A DNA stretch of 59,436 bases, the filler included, from Jimgerdemannia flammicorona (taxonomy: Eukaryota), in assembly GCA_003990765.1 (NCBI GenBank). It is 2 parts of 2 records of this genome, joined end to end, with 100 filler letters (N's around TTAATTAATTAA, not from the genome) between each part and the next. Parts side by side here need not be neighbours in the genome. Positions count along the whole stretch, not along the records: positions 29,770 to 59,436 come from RBNJ01000479.1; 1 more part is not named here. One strand, written 5' to 3'. The position numbers and the translations under genes are program-made. Of this stretch, positions 39,263 through 51,668 are shown piece by piece (positions within the stretch are counted from its first letter, which is position 1; every line of letters begins with the position of its first letter). The notes under the pieces are model-generated. The model saw only the letters and a list, made by a program, of their open reading frames with translations, had not been told where the DNA came from and ran no database searches.

Positions 39263-40000
39263 ATGATTCAGACTCGACGCCAATCTCGGTCGCCCCCCAC
39301 TGCACAACACGCCGTTCCTTTGGTCAAAAGTAAGGAACCCACAGTCCGTTTTGTGTTGTGCACGTACGAGAAAACGTGAAATAGTGGCAGGAAACTCAAT
39401 CTGACACGACTTTGTCCATATTCTCGCAAATGCAGAGGAGAACCGTTACCTGGACCATATCCTCGCCCACGCTGAACGCAACAATCCGGAGTCAATCATC
39501 GAGGAGACACACAAGTTCGCGATCGAGCGGCACTGGCTCATGAACGTGGGGCCTGAGAAGAGCCCGCTAATTGAACAAGTCCTGCTAGAGAAGAGGCCCA
39601 AGGTGGGACTTTAATGTCGCTATTTCACCTCTCGAATCGTCGTACTAACTGATACGTCGCACTGACTGACAGCTTGTTCACTATTCGATATAGGTCGCCA
39701 TTGAGATTGGGTGCTACCTTGGGTATAGCGCCATCCGGTTTGCTGCGTATATCAGAGATACGCTCGGTATCCGGGACGTGAAATATTATTCGTTTGAAAT
39801 CTCGGAATACAATGCGAATATTGCTAGGAAGGTTGGTATCGTCGATACGTTGCATCAGCTCGTCAGCTATTGTTGGTTTAACTATAAATTTTACTCATGC
39901 AGATCATTGACTTTGCTGGCCTTTCTCATATTATCACGGTAATGATTAAAATTATTAAAATTGGTTATTTTAACCCACGAATTACAGCCATTGAATGATC

Positions 40001-40033
<33 letters not shown>

Positions 40034-40493
40034 GATATCTAATTATAAAATTCACTGACTCAATTTTTTACCTCTCGCACTCGATAGGTCATCACGGGTC
40101 CATTTAACGAGTCCCTCGAGCGCCTCCCATCCTATCACAATTTGCTAGGCAAGGTTGACTTCGTTCTCATCGATCACCATAACGAATTGTACAAGCAGGA
40201 CCTCCAACTACTGGAGAAAAGCGGTCTATTCCACACGGTCTGTAACCTTTTCCGAACGCTGTTTTACAATTCATTTCCCGAATTCCCACGCTTGTTATGT
40301 CCCTAACCGCTTGTCCTGTATCCAGGGCACAACCATTGTGGCGGATAACGTCATCAACCCTGGAGCGCCAGATTATCTCGAGTATGTTCGCTCCGATCTC
40401 ACAAGGTACCAGACACGGCTCATCGAGGGATGGCTCGAGTACTACGAGGGCGTGATTCGGGACGGTTTGGAAGTCAGCGTTTGGCTTAAATAA
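39263..40493 (+). CDS. Catechol O-methyltransferase-like protein, copy 1, ~241 aa; exons 39263-39329, 39436-39602, 39694-39831, 39903-39938, 40088-40237, 40326-40493
   Basis: WLMNVGPEK, IEIGCYLGYSAIR, VDFVLIDHH, IVADNVINPGAPDYLEYVR and LEY...DGLE match COMT family motifs. Five GT-AG introns give 726 nt in frame. Confidence 0.92.
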
Positions 40494-42105
40494 GGCGAGC
40501 GAGTGGGAAAGGAGCCCTGCGGGCGGGGAAGGATATTACGGGATGTTGGAGGGTGGGAGTGAGAGAAATTTGTAATCATGAGTAAATATGAAAATGGAAC
40601 ATTCATTTGCGTGTCATAGAACATTCCTTTCAAAATTCCGGTTTACCTCATACTTTTATTAGTTAACCCCACCACCAAACCAGCGAAAATAACTAACCCT
40701 CTTTTATGTCAGATTAGCCCTACACATGTCGAGTATGCAACATACAATTTCAACCATACCAAGCAGTGCCTTCGAAACACCCTTGGTTTCACTTAATGCC
40801 TTTATTTCTGTGTGGAAGTCGATACCGATGTCAAGCAAGATCAGCATGTTTTACAGACTTGCTTTTTTTTTTTTTTTTTTTTTGCTTTAATTGCCATGAA
40901 CGACGAATATGTTCGTTGAAGTTTTGGTATAATGAATGATGTGACTTTGCAGCAGAGGTTTGGGGGTTGTATATTACACATGCTGCGAGATAAGGTATCA
41001 TATGGGTTTCAAATATTTACCATAAAGACGCGGCTTTGTAATTTTTTTTTACCAAATCTGGAAGATAAATTGATCTTATCGCATCACACAGTTGTCGACG
41101 TTTGAAAAAAAAAATTATAAAGCCAGGCCGGCCATGTTAACTCCCACTTCTGGGGTTGGGTGAGCCACTGTGTCCGAGATTTGGCCTTGACGTTTTCCCC
41201 ACCGCTAAACAAAGCTGCAATTGTTCCTTGCCTCGATACTAGATATCTTTTAGCATTTAATATCTTGTTGAGAAAAAAATATTTGTCCTTGAACGACCGT
41301 TGATGCAGAGGGATCATAGCTCGTAGCTTATGCTTAATGTTATGTTATCTTTGGATACCACGTTCACAGACTACGCAAATACATTTCGCTTAGGGTGTGA
41401 GACTGCCTGAATTCGGTCTTTTCAGAAATTACGCTTGCGATGTTGGAAGGGACCGCGCAAAACAGTACAGAAGGGTAGGAATTCACAAAAGAAGAACCGC
41501 ACCCATATTACGTCAGTCAACGGATCACGTGCCTTATAATAGGCGATAGCAAAGTCATTCGACTTCAGTGTCCGGTGACTTTGGCCGATTCATAGAAGTG
41601 TTCGGGGACTTCGGCCGATCATAGAGGTGTTCGGAGCAATTAGCTCCATTTCGGTATGGGGGCATTCTACGCCATTTGCTTTAACGTAGATAAGCTATAG
41701 CATCAGACTGTGTAACATCCAATTTGAATGCCAAAACTGCATTACCTCTGGTTCCGCCATGCAACATTGACCACCTCCCCTTGCGGCCACCTTTTTCAAC
41801 TTCGATTTAACGTCACGCTCATTTCGTCGAAATCACGTTCCAATTGACATGGCAACAGCGGCTGGTGTACCCGGGTTTCAAAGCTTTCCTTAAATAACAC
41901 ATCGTCGGGAATATTCTATTCCCCCAGGTCACACAAGAATCGGTATACTGAATGTGCTCCGGTCAGAGGGTGGGCTGCCACATTTGGCGATTACACATCC
42001 ATGGTTTCAGATACCACACTTCATTCCATTTCTAAGCCAGGCATTAATTCCTTTTCGAACCTATCCCCCCTCCTCGCGTTTCTGCCACCTAAAATAACTC
42101 GAACA

Positions 42106-42946
42106 ATGGCTCCTGGGAACATGACCGCGTACGAGTTGGCCGCCCATGAATGGGCATGTGCGCATAAACCCTTCCGCAGAGGGTTTGATATTGTTACCAA
42201 GGTATGTACGGCGAAGTTCTGATGCGGGACGTATTATTTATCAGACAAGCTATATCAATAATCCACGAATGTAAATGCTCCTGGCTTCAGAATGCTAGCA
42301 TAGTGACGGTGGACAAGCTCCCTAATTTTTTGGGATATTGTCACGCTTTGATGGAGGTAAGCTGATATTATCAACCAAACAATATTGCGATTCAAGAATA
42401 TTCTCTGGATTATAATTTACATAATACACTACCTTTCAACTTCCAAAATCGGAACGACCAACTTTAGTCTCTTGACGGTCATCACCACATCGAAGACGAT
42501 GTCGTCTTTCCGTTCTTCGCCACAAAGCTGGACATTTCCGCCTGGGAATCCGACCACGTTGAACTCACCAAACGCATTAACGAGATCAACGCAATTATTG
42601 CCGGCTATACCTCCGATCCGACGACTTACGACGCGTCGGCTTTCGAAGCGCTTTTCGTATCTTTGAAGGATATGGTCATTCCGCATCTTGATGCTGAAGA
42701 AAACACGGTAACAGCGAAGTTCATGGAGGAGAATTACGATGCAGAGAAAGTGGCCCAGCTTATTCCCGATATCGTGGAGTATAATAAGAAGCATGAGGAC
42801 CCAGTGGTGGTTCTGGTATTCTTAATTATGCATACGGCTCCCGAGGATAGGCCGTGACCAAAGCTACCTTGGCTCTTGAGTAAGATTATTATGCCATATT
42901 TTATATATCCGAAGCATAAGAGGTACGTTGGCTTTATGCTATTTTC

Positions 42947-42999
<53 letters not shown>

Positions 43000-43047
43000 A
43001 AACTAAAACTATGCCCATTCTTCTACATTTCCAATTGAAGCTGGTGG
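42106..43047 (+). pseudogene. Hemerythrin/HHE-domain protein, copy 1 (premature TGA at 42855-42857; possibly a truncated but expressed gene)
   Basis: Exons 42106-42201, 42291-42356, 42468-42922 and ~43041. Ligand motifs AHKPFRR, GHHHIEDDVVFP, ESDHVEL, PHLDAEE. TGA stands where copy 2 has TGG, and the last exon has a 4-nt deletion. Confidence 0.82.
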
Positions 43048-44092
43048 ACTGCCCTTACGGCATCTGATAGATTTACATCGTTGAAATAACCAAACGCATA
43101 TTGCTGTCTTACTTATATGTGTGTTGCAACTGTTATCTCCAACTACATGTTGAAATCGTATGATTCTCGTTTCTTGATGGAACATTTATTTCGATATGTG
43201 CAAACAAATTCAGAGTTGTTTATATTAAGCATGCTCAATCACCGAAATTCGTGCGCAAATGTTGGGTCTGCACATAATAGTGGCGAAGAAATACACTGTG
43301 CTGCGGAACCATCGTGAGGGTAGCGGGGCGCAGGGTGTTTGTTTACGTGCCTACCGATTCCAGTGTGCTATTTATGTGGGAGCGCGATTGAGAGTGTGAA
43401 GGTGTGATTGCTCTTCGGCAGATCAGAATTTGTCGCATGTCTCTTTATCGCAAACAATAAATGAAAATTTCAGCTTAGTAATATATATATATATAATTGG
43501 TCGTGACAAAAAATGGTGCGATAGAGCCTACATTCCGATTATCGCAACAGCAGGGGAGAACAATATACCCGCTGCGCAATATTCGACTGCGCTTTTCCAT
43601 TATAGATTGCATAGTTTGTCCCCTTGAAGGATCGATACCGATTTTTCGACCCGTGGAAAACAAAACAAACAAACAAAACGCCATGTAAATACCACAATGG
43701 TGACAGTTTTTTATTCACCGGGGAGCTGGACACCCATTCACTGTGAATGTCTTGGTTGTCATTCATAATTTGTGCTCGGACGCCAGAAAGGAACCAAAGC
43801 TCCCGATTATTTATTCAAGCGTATTTATGTTATTAATCATATGTATTGTAAGCATTGGATTGCGAACGCTTCACCTTTATGTCATAATTATACAGAGTCA
43901 TAAACGTATCGAAAATGTCACTCCCCCAAATTTTCGTTGCTGGCAGGTTGTGACTTGAAGCTAACTCCGATGGCCGGGTTACAAAACAAGTTGTCTGTGG
44001 CGTCGACCGTGCGTTAAAATGTCTCCATTCGCCTGAAGATCCCCAAACCTCGCACTTTGTCAAAGGAAATCGATCCGTACACAACCTAGGCC

Positions 44093-44788
44093 ATGACTCA
44101 GACTCAGTTGGCCCCCACTGCAGTTCCTTTGGTCAAAAGTAAGGAACCCTCAGTCCGTTTTGTGTTGGGCACGAACGAGAAAATGTGAAATAGTGGCAAG
44201 AAACTCAAGCTAACCCGTCTTCGTCCATATTCTCGAAAATGCAGAGGAGGACAGTTACCTGGACCATATCCTCGCCCACGCCAAACGCAACAACCCGGAG
44301 TCAATCATCAAGGAGACACACAAGTTCGCGATCGAGCGGTACTGGCTCATGAACGTGGGGCCCGAGAAGAGCCCGCTAGTTGAACAAGTTCTGCTGGAGA
44401 AGAGGCCCAAGGTGGGGCGTCAACGTCGCTATTTGCCTCTCGAATCGTCGCACTGACTAATAGCTGTTCACTATTCGATGTAGGTCGCCATTGAGATTGG
44501 GTGCTACCTTGGGTATAGCGCCATCCGGTTTGCTGCGTATATCAGAGATACCCTCGGTATCCAGGACGTGAAATATTATTCATTTGAAATCTCGGAATAC
44601 CATGCGAATATTGCTAGGAAGGTTGGTATCGTGGATACTTTGCATCCAGCTTGTCAGCTATTGTCGGTTTAACACATAAATTTTATTCGTGCAGGTTATT
44701 GACTTTGCTGGCCTTTCTCATATTATCACGGTAATAATTGTTTTAACCCACGAATTATAGTCATTTGAATGTTCTCTCTTTTTTTTTT

Positions 44789-44831
<43 letters not shown>

Positions 44832-45287
44832 TCTAATTATAAAATTCACCTGACTCAATTTTTCATCTCACTCACTGATAGGTCATCACGGGTCCATTTA
44901 ACGAGTCCCTCGAGCGCCTTCTATCCAATCACAATTTGCTAAGCAAAGTTGACTTCGTCTTCATCGATCACCATAAAGAATTGTACAAGCAGGACCTCCA
45001 ACTACTGGAGAAAAGCGGGTTATTTCACACTGTCTGTAACCTTTTCCGAACGCTGTTTTACATGCCATTCTCCGAATTCCCACGCTTGTTATGTCCTAAC
45101 CGCCTTGCCTTGTATCCAGGGCACAACCATTGTGGCGGATAACGTCATCAAACCCGGAGCGCCGGTTTATCTCGAGTACGTTCGCTCCGATCCCACAAAG
45201 TATCAGACGCGGTTCGTCGAAGGATGGCTCGAGTACTACGAGGGCGTGATTCGGGACGGTTTGGAAGTCAGCGTTTGGCTCAAATAA
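44093..45287 (+). CDS. Catechol O-methyltransferase-like protein, copy 2, ~234 aa; exons 44093-44138, 44245-44411, 44484-44621, 44695-44730, 44882-45031, 45120-45287
   Basis: Same exon structure as copy 1 with an open 705-nt frame; FIDHHKELY, IVADNVIKPGAP. Confidence 0.92.
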
Positions 45288-45558
45288 GGCGAACGAGTAG
45301 GGAAGAGATGTTGGATGGGATGTTGGAGGAACTGGCAAATATGTAAATGGTTTACCTCATTCTTTTATTAACAAGTTTATGCCCCACCCCATCCTTTGGC
45401 ATCGTGGTATCGCCTCACCTGGCTAGCGCGATAAATTGTGGTGTGCGTTTGTAGCAAAGGTCTGGGGTTGTATAACACACATACTCCCAGATAAGTTACC
45501 ATATGGGATTTCAAAACGTTTACCTTAAAGACGTGGCTTTGCGTTTATCCAGATCTTA

Positions 45559-48500
45559 CAGTGCGGGACATCTAGTCACGACAAAATTTTTGAAAGAATA
45601 GAACTTTAGAACAAAAATCTATAATCCTTTTTCTACAAAGTTACGATTTCCTTTTTTTATTTAAGTATTTGGATGTAAAGTTCTATTCTTTTAAAGTTGG
45701 TCACTTTTCATATATACAGGAGGAAATTGAGAATCAAAGAAAAGCGGTCACTATAAGAAACTTAAATATGAAAATGTCAATATCTTGATAAATATATATT
45801 CAAATTCAACATAATTTTACAAGTCTATTTACCTTTAGTATGTAAAGTTCTGTACCAAATTATAGCAAATTCCCAGATATTTTTACTGAGATAATGAAGA
45901 TTTTCAGATGATGGAAGATTTTAGTGAAAATAGTAATAAAGATGATAGTAAAGGAGTTCTTTGAAGAGAACTCCAGTAAAGATGGCAAAGGGGATATTGG
46001 TGAAGATGGTGGGTATCTTGAAGGAGATCTTAGTGACAATGGTGAAGGATCTTAGTAAAAACAGTAAAGGAAATTATAGTGAAGATGATAGAGATAGTAA
46101 AAGAGATCTTAGTAAAGATAATAAAGAGGATCTAAGTAAAGATAGTGAAGAGGATCTCAGTGAAGATAGCAAAAGGAATCTTGAAGAGATCTTAGTAATA
46201 TTAGTAAAGAGTTTTTCAAAAGAGATCTCAGTGAAGATAGCAAAGAAAATCTTGATAAAGATAATAAAGAAAGATAGTAAAGGCAATCTCAGTGAAGATG
46301 ATGAAGAGAATCTCAAAGGAAATTTTGAAGGAAATCTCAAAGGGAATCTTGAAGGAAATCTCAAAGAGATCTTAGTAAAGATAGTAAAGGAGATCTCAGT
46401 AATATTGATAAAGGGATTAAAAGATCTTAGTAAAGATGATAAAGAGAATCTCAAAGGAAATCTCAAAGAGATCTTAGTAAAGATGGTGAAGGGGATCTTG
46501 GTAATATCAGTAAAGAGGTTAGAAGATCTTAATAAAGATAGTAAAGGTGATCTTAGTGAAGATAGTAATGAGAATCTCAGTAAAGATAGTAAAGGAAGAT
46601 GATGAAGAAAGATAGCAAAGAAGATCTCAGTAAAGATGATGAAGAGAATCTCAAAGAAATCTTGATAAAAATAGTAAAGGAGATTTCAGTAATATTAGTA
46701 AAGAGATTCTCAAAGGATATCTCAGTGAAAATAACAAAAGAGATGATAAAGGGATCTCAGTGAAAATAGTAGTAAAGATGGTAAAGAAGAAAATTTTGGT
46801 AAAAATAACAAAGAAAGGAATCTTAATAAAAATAGTAAAGTAAAGATAGTGAAGAAGATTTTGATAATCTTTCTAATTATTATCTTCTCAATTCAAAGAA
46901 ATTTATCTATATGATTTATACTTCTTCATCTACTTCTCTACTTTAAGTCCAGTAAGTCCTAATATATAAGTATCTATATATCTAAAAATCTTCCTTATAA
47001 ATTTCTGAATAAGATTAAGCTTTATTGAATCTAGAGCTATAGGTATTATTTCTTGAAGACTTTTGAAAGTATAATTATAATATTTCCTAATATATTACTT
47101 TGCTCTTCTCTAATAAATCTCAATAAAGTTGAGTTTATAGTGAAATTTTGGATAAAAGATAATGTTTTGATTCTCTTCTTCTGCAATCTCCTCTAATAAA
47201 GATTTCTGAGCTATATATAAAATCAGGTTATAGCTCTAAAATTTGTTGAGCATAATATTTTAGCTGTATAAAATCTTTAGTAGTAATTGTTTTACAGTTT
47301 TCATAAGTCTTCAACAGACCTTCTTACTAAAGATTTCTTTTGTTTTATATCTTTAGCTTATTCTCTCAGTTTCTTATCAAAATAATTATCAGAAAAGATC
47401 ATTGTTTATTTTATATCATTAAAAATAGTATCTCTTAGTAGTACTTACTTTTTATTAGAATTAAGATTTATACTGCTTACCTATAGTATATTATCAGCAA
47501 AACAACTATAATTAGATAAGTTATCAAATACCCATAGAGCATCATAATCAGAAAACCTTTCTTGATAAATTACTATAGCTTTCTTGAATTGTTTAGCAAT
47601 ATCTGCACCAGTTCAGTAGTTATTATGATTTTTTCCAGAACAGATAGTTTCTCTAGCTTTTAAGATTATACTATTTTTATAAATATATATATCTCAATAG
47701 TCTATCAACTTCTAAAATAAATTTACTGACTATAATAGATCTTTCTCTATCTTTCTTTCTCAGTAGTATTTCTCCAGTTAGATACCAGATCATATTCTGA
47801 GAATTATTTGAGTAAAAAATACTCTCATTATAAGTATAAAATACTAATAGACATTTATCATTGGATAGAGTAAGAATTTCAAGGTTGAAAGATAATAGCA
47901 AAGTCTCTAAAGATAATAAAGCTCTTGAAGATGATTTCAAAGCCTCTGAAGTTTCTAAAGATGAAGTCATTGACAATAATATAGAAATTTATAATGAAGC
48001 TCTCAAAGATAATGAAAATACTCTTAAAGATAATGAAGCTCCTAATAAAGCCTTTGATGATAATATAGATAATGATGTGAGAATTCATAAAAAAAACTCC
48101 TGAAGATAATGCTGAGGCCTCTAAGAATGATGATAAAGTCTCTAAGAATAATGATGAAGTCTTCAAGAATGATAGTAAGACTGATTTCAATAACAATATA
48201 TATATATTATAAAGTCTTTGATAACAATGTGGACAACAAAGTTCCTAAGAATAATGATGAGGCTGATTTTGATAACAATATATACTATAAAGCTCTTGAT
48301 GATAATATGGACAACAAAGTCCCTAAGGATATATAATAACAAGACTGATTTTGATGGCAATATATACTATGAAGCCTTTAATAATAATACAGACAATAAA
48401 GTTCTTAAAGATAATGATGAGACCCCCAAGGATGATGATGAGACTAATTTTATTAGTAATATATACTGTAAAGCCTTCAATGATAATATAGACAATAAAG

Positions 48501-50695
48501 TCTTTGAAGATAACAATAAGGCTCCAGGATAATAGTGAGACTGATTTTGATAGCAATGTATATACTATGAAGCCTTCAATAACAATACAGATAATAAAGT
48601 CTCTGAAGATAATAATAAGACTGATTTCAATAATAATATATATAGTGAAGTCTTTAATAATAATATAGACAATGATGTGAGAATTTATAATAAAGCTCCT
48701 AAAGATAATAGTGAGGCCTTTGAGGATGATGGCCAAGCTACCTTTGATGATAATATAGATAATAATATAGAAATTTGTAATAAAGCCTCTGGAGATAATG
48801 ATGAGACCCTTAAGGATGATAACAAAGCTCCTAAGAATAGTGATGAGACTGATTCTGATGATAATATATATAGTAAAACCTTTGATAAAAGAATTTATAA
48901 TGAAGTCTCCAAAAATAATGATAAAGTCTTAAAGAATAATAATGAAGTTCTCAAGAATGATAACAAGACTAATGAGGTCTTTGATTACAATACAGGAATT
49001 TATAATGAAGCCTCTGATATCTCTGAAGATGAAGCAGAATCTGTCTGAATCATATATCTCTTATATATCTTTATTTACTTCAAAAATTTCTAGCAATATA
49101 TAATAATATCTTCTCTCTCATAACTATTAAAATATATTTCTTTTTTTGTTTCTAAGTGAGTCTATCTAAGAGCTAGTAACTATTTAGATATAGTCTTCTC
49201 ACTGATATATTTCTTCTCATTCAAAATATTAATATTTAGAAAAATAACTTTATTAATATATTTTTGAAGAGTTTGAGAAGTAATATTAAACTTATGAGTA
49301 TATAATTAAGAACTAATAGTCAAATAGATATTATTTTCAATTAATAGATTTTTTATCTTTAGGTATTTTTCTCTGTATAATAATCTAATTTTTATATTAG
49401 CTTTTCACTCTTTAGTCTAGCTTATAAGATAGTATGCCTAGTATTTTATTTTATTATTAACAGTAGCAACTTATAAACTTGCACTGCTTTTTATCATTCC
49501 TGTTTAATATAGATATAAATATTAAAGAATAGCTTATAGTTTAACCTCTTTTTCAGTACTGATAGATTTTATATTACTATCAACTTTTAACTTTTTATCA
49601 GATATAGTATTTTTAGTATCCTCAGTATTCTTAATATCAATAATTTCAGTAATAGTAGTTTTTTGAAAGAATGAAGTAATGTTCTGAGTTTCTATAATAG
49701 CTACTTTCAATTTTTTCATTTTTACTTTCTGGTAATATTTTTAATATCTGAGATAAATTAGTATAATATATACATATAGATGAGATTTTCTTTTAGATTT
49801 AATAAAATTTATCTTAGTCAAAAGTTCTTTTTATTCAAACTTTTAAATATCTTTCTCATCTGACTCATTAGTTTTACTTTCAGCAAAAATCTCTTTCTAC
49901 TCTTTAATAACTTTAGTTACTTTATTCTCTATTTCTATTTGAAGTATTTTATTGTGAGCTTTTTTGATCTTTGCAATATTCACAATTTAATATTTTCTTT
50001 TTAATAGTAGTATATTAATATATCAGTTGGTAGTGAGGATCTTGGCAAAGAAAATCATAGTAAAGACAAAGAGAAATCTTAGCAAAGATAGCAAACTAAG
50101 ATCTCAGTAAATATAGTGAATGACAAAGAGGATCTTGGCTAAGAAAAGCATGGTAAAGATAAAGGAGAATCTTAGTAAAGATAGTGAATAACAAAGAGGA
50201 TCTTAGTAAAGAAAATTATAGTAAAGAAAGATCTCAATAAAGATAGCAAAGAGAGATCTCAGTGAAGATAGGGAATTAGTGAAGATAACAAAGAGGATCT
50301 CAGTAAAAGAGCTCCTGTAAAAATGGTAATATATAAAAATCATAGTAAGAATCTCAGTAAAGATGATAAATTGGTAAAAATGATAAAGAGGATCTCAGTG
50401 AAGATGGTGAATTGGTGAAGATGGCAAAGAGGATCTCAGTGAAGATAGTGAGAGGAGGATCTTGATAAAGATAGTAAAGGAAAGATGGTGATGAAGGGGT
50501 TAAAGATAGTGAAGAGAAGATAGCAAAGGACAAAAAAAAGATAAAAAATAGGTAATCTCAGCAATATAATATAGGCAAGAGAATTGGATAATGTTGGTGA
50601 TGAGGATGCTGGCAGAAACGTCGGTTGTTAAAAATCACTATGTGACTGCTCTTTTCGAAATCGAGAAAATTTAAGGTTTATGTCGGGACTAGATG
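45559..50695 (-). mobile_element. Decayed IS630/Tc1/mariner-type DNA transposon with long subterminal tandem repeats
   Basis: Left end is TA|CAGTGCGGGACATCTAGTCACGACA. The inverted match TGTCGGGACTAGATG lies at 50681-50695, with the outermost ~10 bp missing. gatctcagtgaagatagcaaagag-type repeats occupy ~45900-46860 and ~50030-50520. Confidence 0.82.
46890..49800 (-). pseudogene. DDE transposase remnant
   Basis: KKEIYFNSYEREDII (eroded KKGxYxDGHERxDV); VFYTYNESIFY (eroded THDES); LRKKDRERSIIVS; ALWVFDN; QKSLLEE; FYPKFHYKLNFIE; C-terminal KKYKSYR. Confidence 0.82.
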
Positions 50696-51035
50696 ACGTT
50701 TGAAACTAATTTCAAAGTTGCCGCTTTGTGTAACCAGTGGCGGTTTGCGCCATACGTCTGGTAAGGCTCGGGGACTTTGGCCGATAATAGAGGTAAGCGG
50801 TCATAAATGTAAGTGGTTAGTGTCGGGATTTTGGCCGATCATAGAGGTAAGCCGGTATTCCGAGCAATTGGTTTATTTTTGGTATGAGGCATTTGCTCTA
50901 AACGTGGCTAAGATATCGTCACAATGCCAGGACTGCATTACTTCTGATTCCTCTATGCAACATTTCACCTGCTATAACGTACCCTTGCGGTCACCGATCT
51001 CTTTTTCAACTTCAACTTACCGCCACGCTTATTTC

Positions 51036-51074
<39 letters not shown>

Positions 51075-51222
51075 ATTGATACAATAGCAATCACGTTTCA
51101 ATTGACTTGGCAACAGCAGCTGATGTAATGTTCTGGCCGATTAAACAGGAGAGCGGTGTAGAGTACCTTTTCGCGGGCGAGGAACTGGAAGATCGAGGCG
51201 AGGATATCCCCTGATACTTAAA

Positions 51223-51368
51223 GCTCTCCATGAGTTAATTATTAATGCATCCTCGGGAAAATATTCAGCAGTAAAAAATCGAGAGCGGGCTGATGTACCC
51301 GCTCTCCATAAGTTAATTATTAATGCATCGTCGGGGAAAATATCCAGCAGTAGAAAATCGAGTGCGGA
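51223..51368. repeat. ~78-bp local tandem duplication upstream of hemerythrin copy 2
   Basis: gctctccat.agttaattattaatgcatc.tcggg..aaatat.cagcagta occurs at 51223 and 51301. Confidence 0.85.
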
Positions 51369-51668
51369 ACATTTTGTTCCGCAGGTCACCATACCCGAGA
51401 AGGTGAAGCAGCAAAGTTGACCAGCCACGACCCTTTGCACATGAGCCTAACTTTATCGAATAGGATTGGGATAGGCTGCAAGAGATAAAGCATCGACTGC
51501 GCTCCAGTCAGGAGAGGCTGACACAGCCACCATTGATCGTTCCAATTGAGGGTGGGCTGTATAGACCTTTCCATATGTGGTAAAGCTGATGCAACATTAA
51601 AGAGCCAGGCATTCCTTTGGTTGCCACAAAATAGTTCTTTTCAAACCTCTCTCGCAATAACTCAAACC

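Noticed and set aside
42855..42857. In-frame TGA as selenocysteine or programmed readthrough
   Set aside because: It aligns to Trp (TGG) in the paralog, not Cys, and a downstream 4-nt deletion also breaks the frame.
42948..42998. Very long poly-T/poly-A runs here and in many introns and spacers
   Set aside because: Ubiquitous, variable in length between paralogs, and possibly inflated by sequencing; not retroposon tails.
45961..46602. 213-aa K/D/E-rich ORF and CRISPR-like periodicity in 45900-46860 and 50030-50520
   Set aside because: Degenerate subterminal tandem repeats of the DNA transposon, with no unique spacers, no cas genes and a eukaryotic context.
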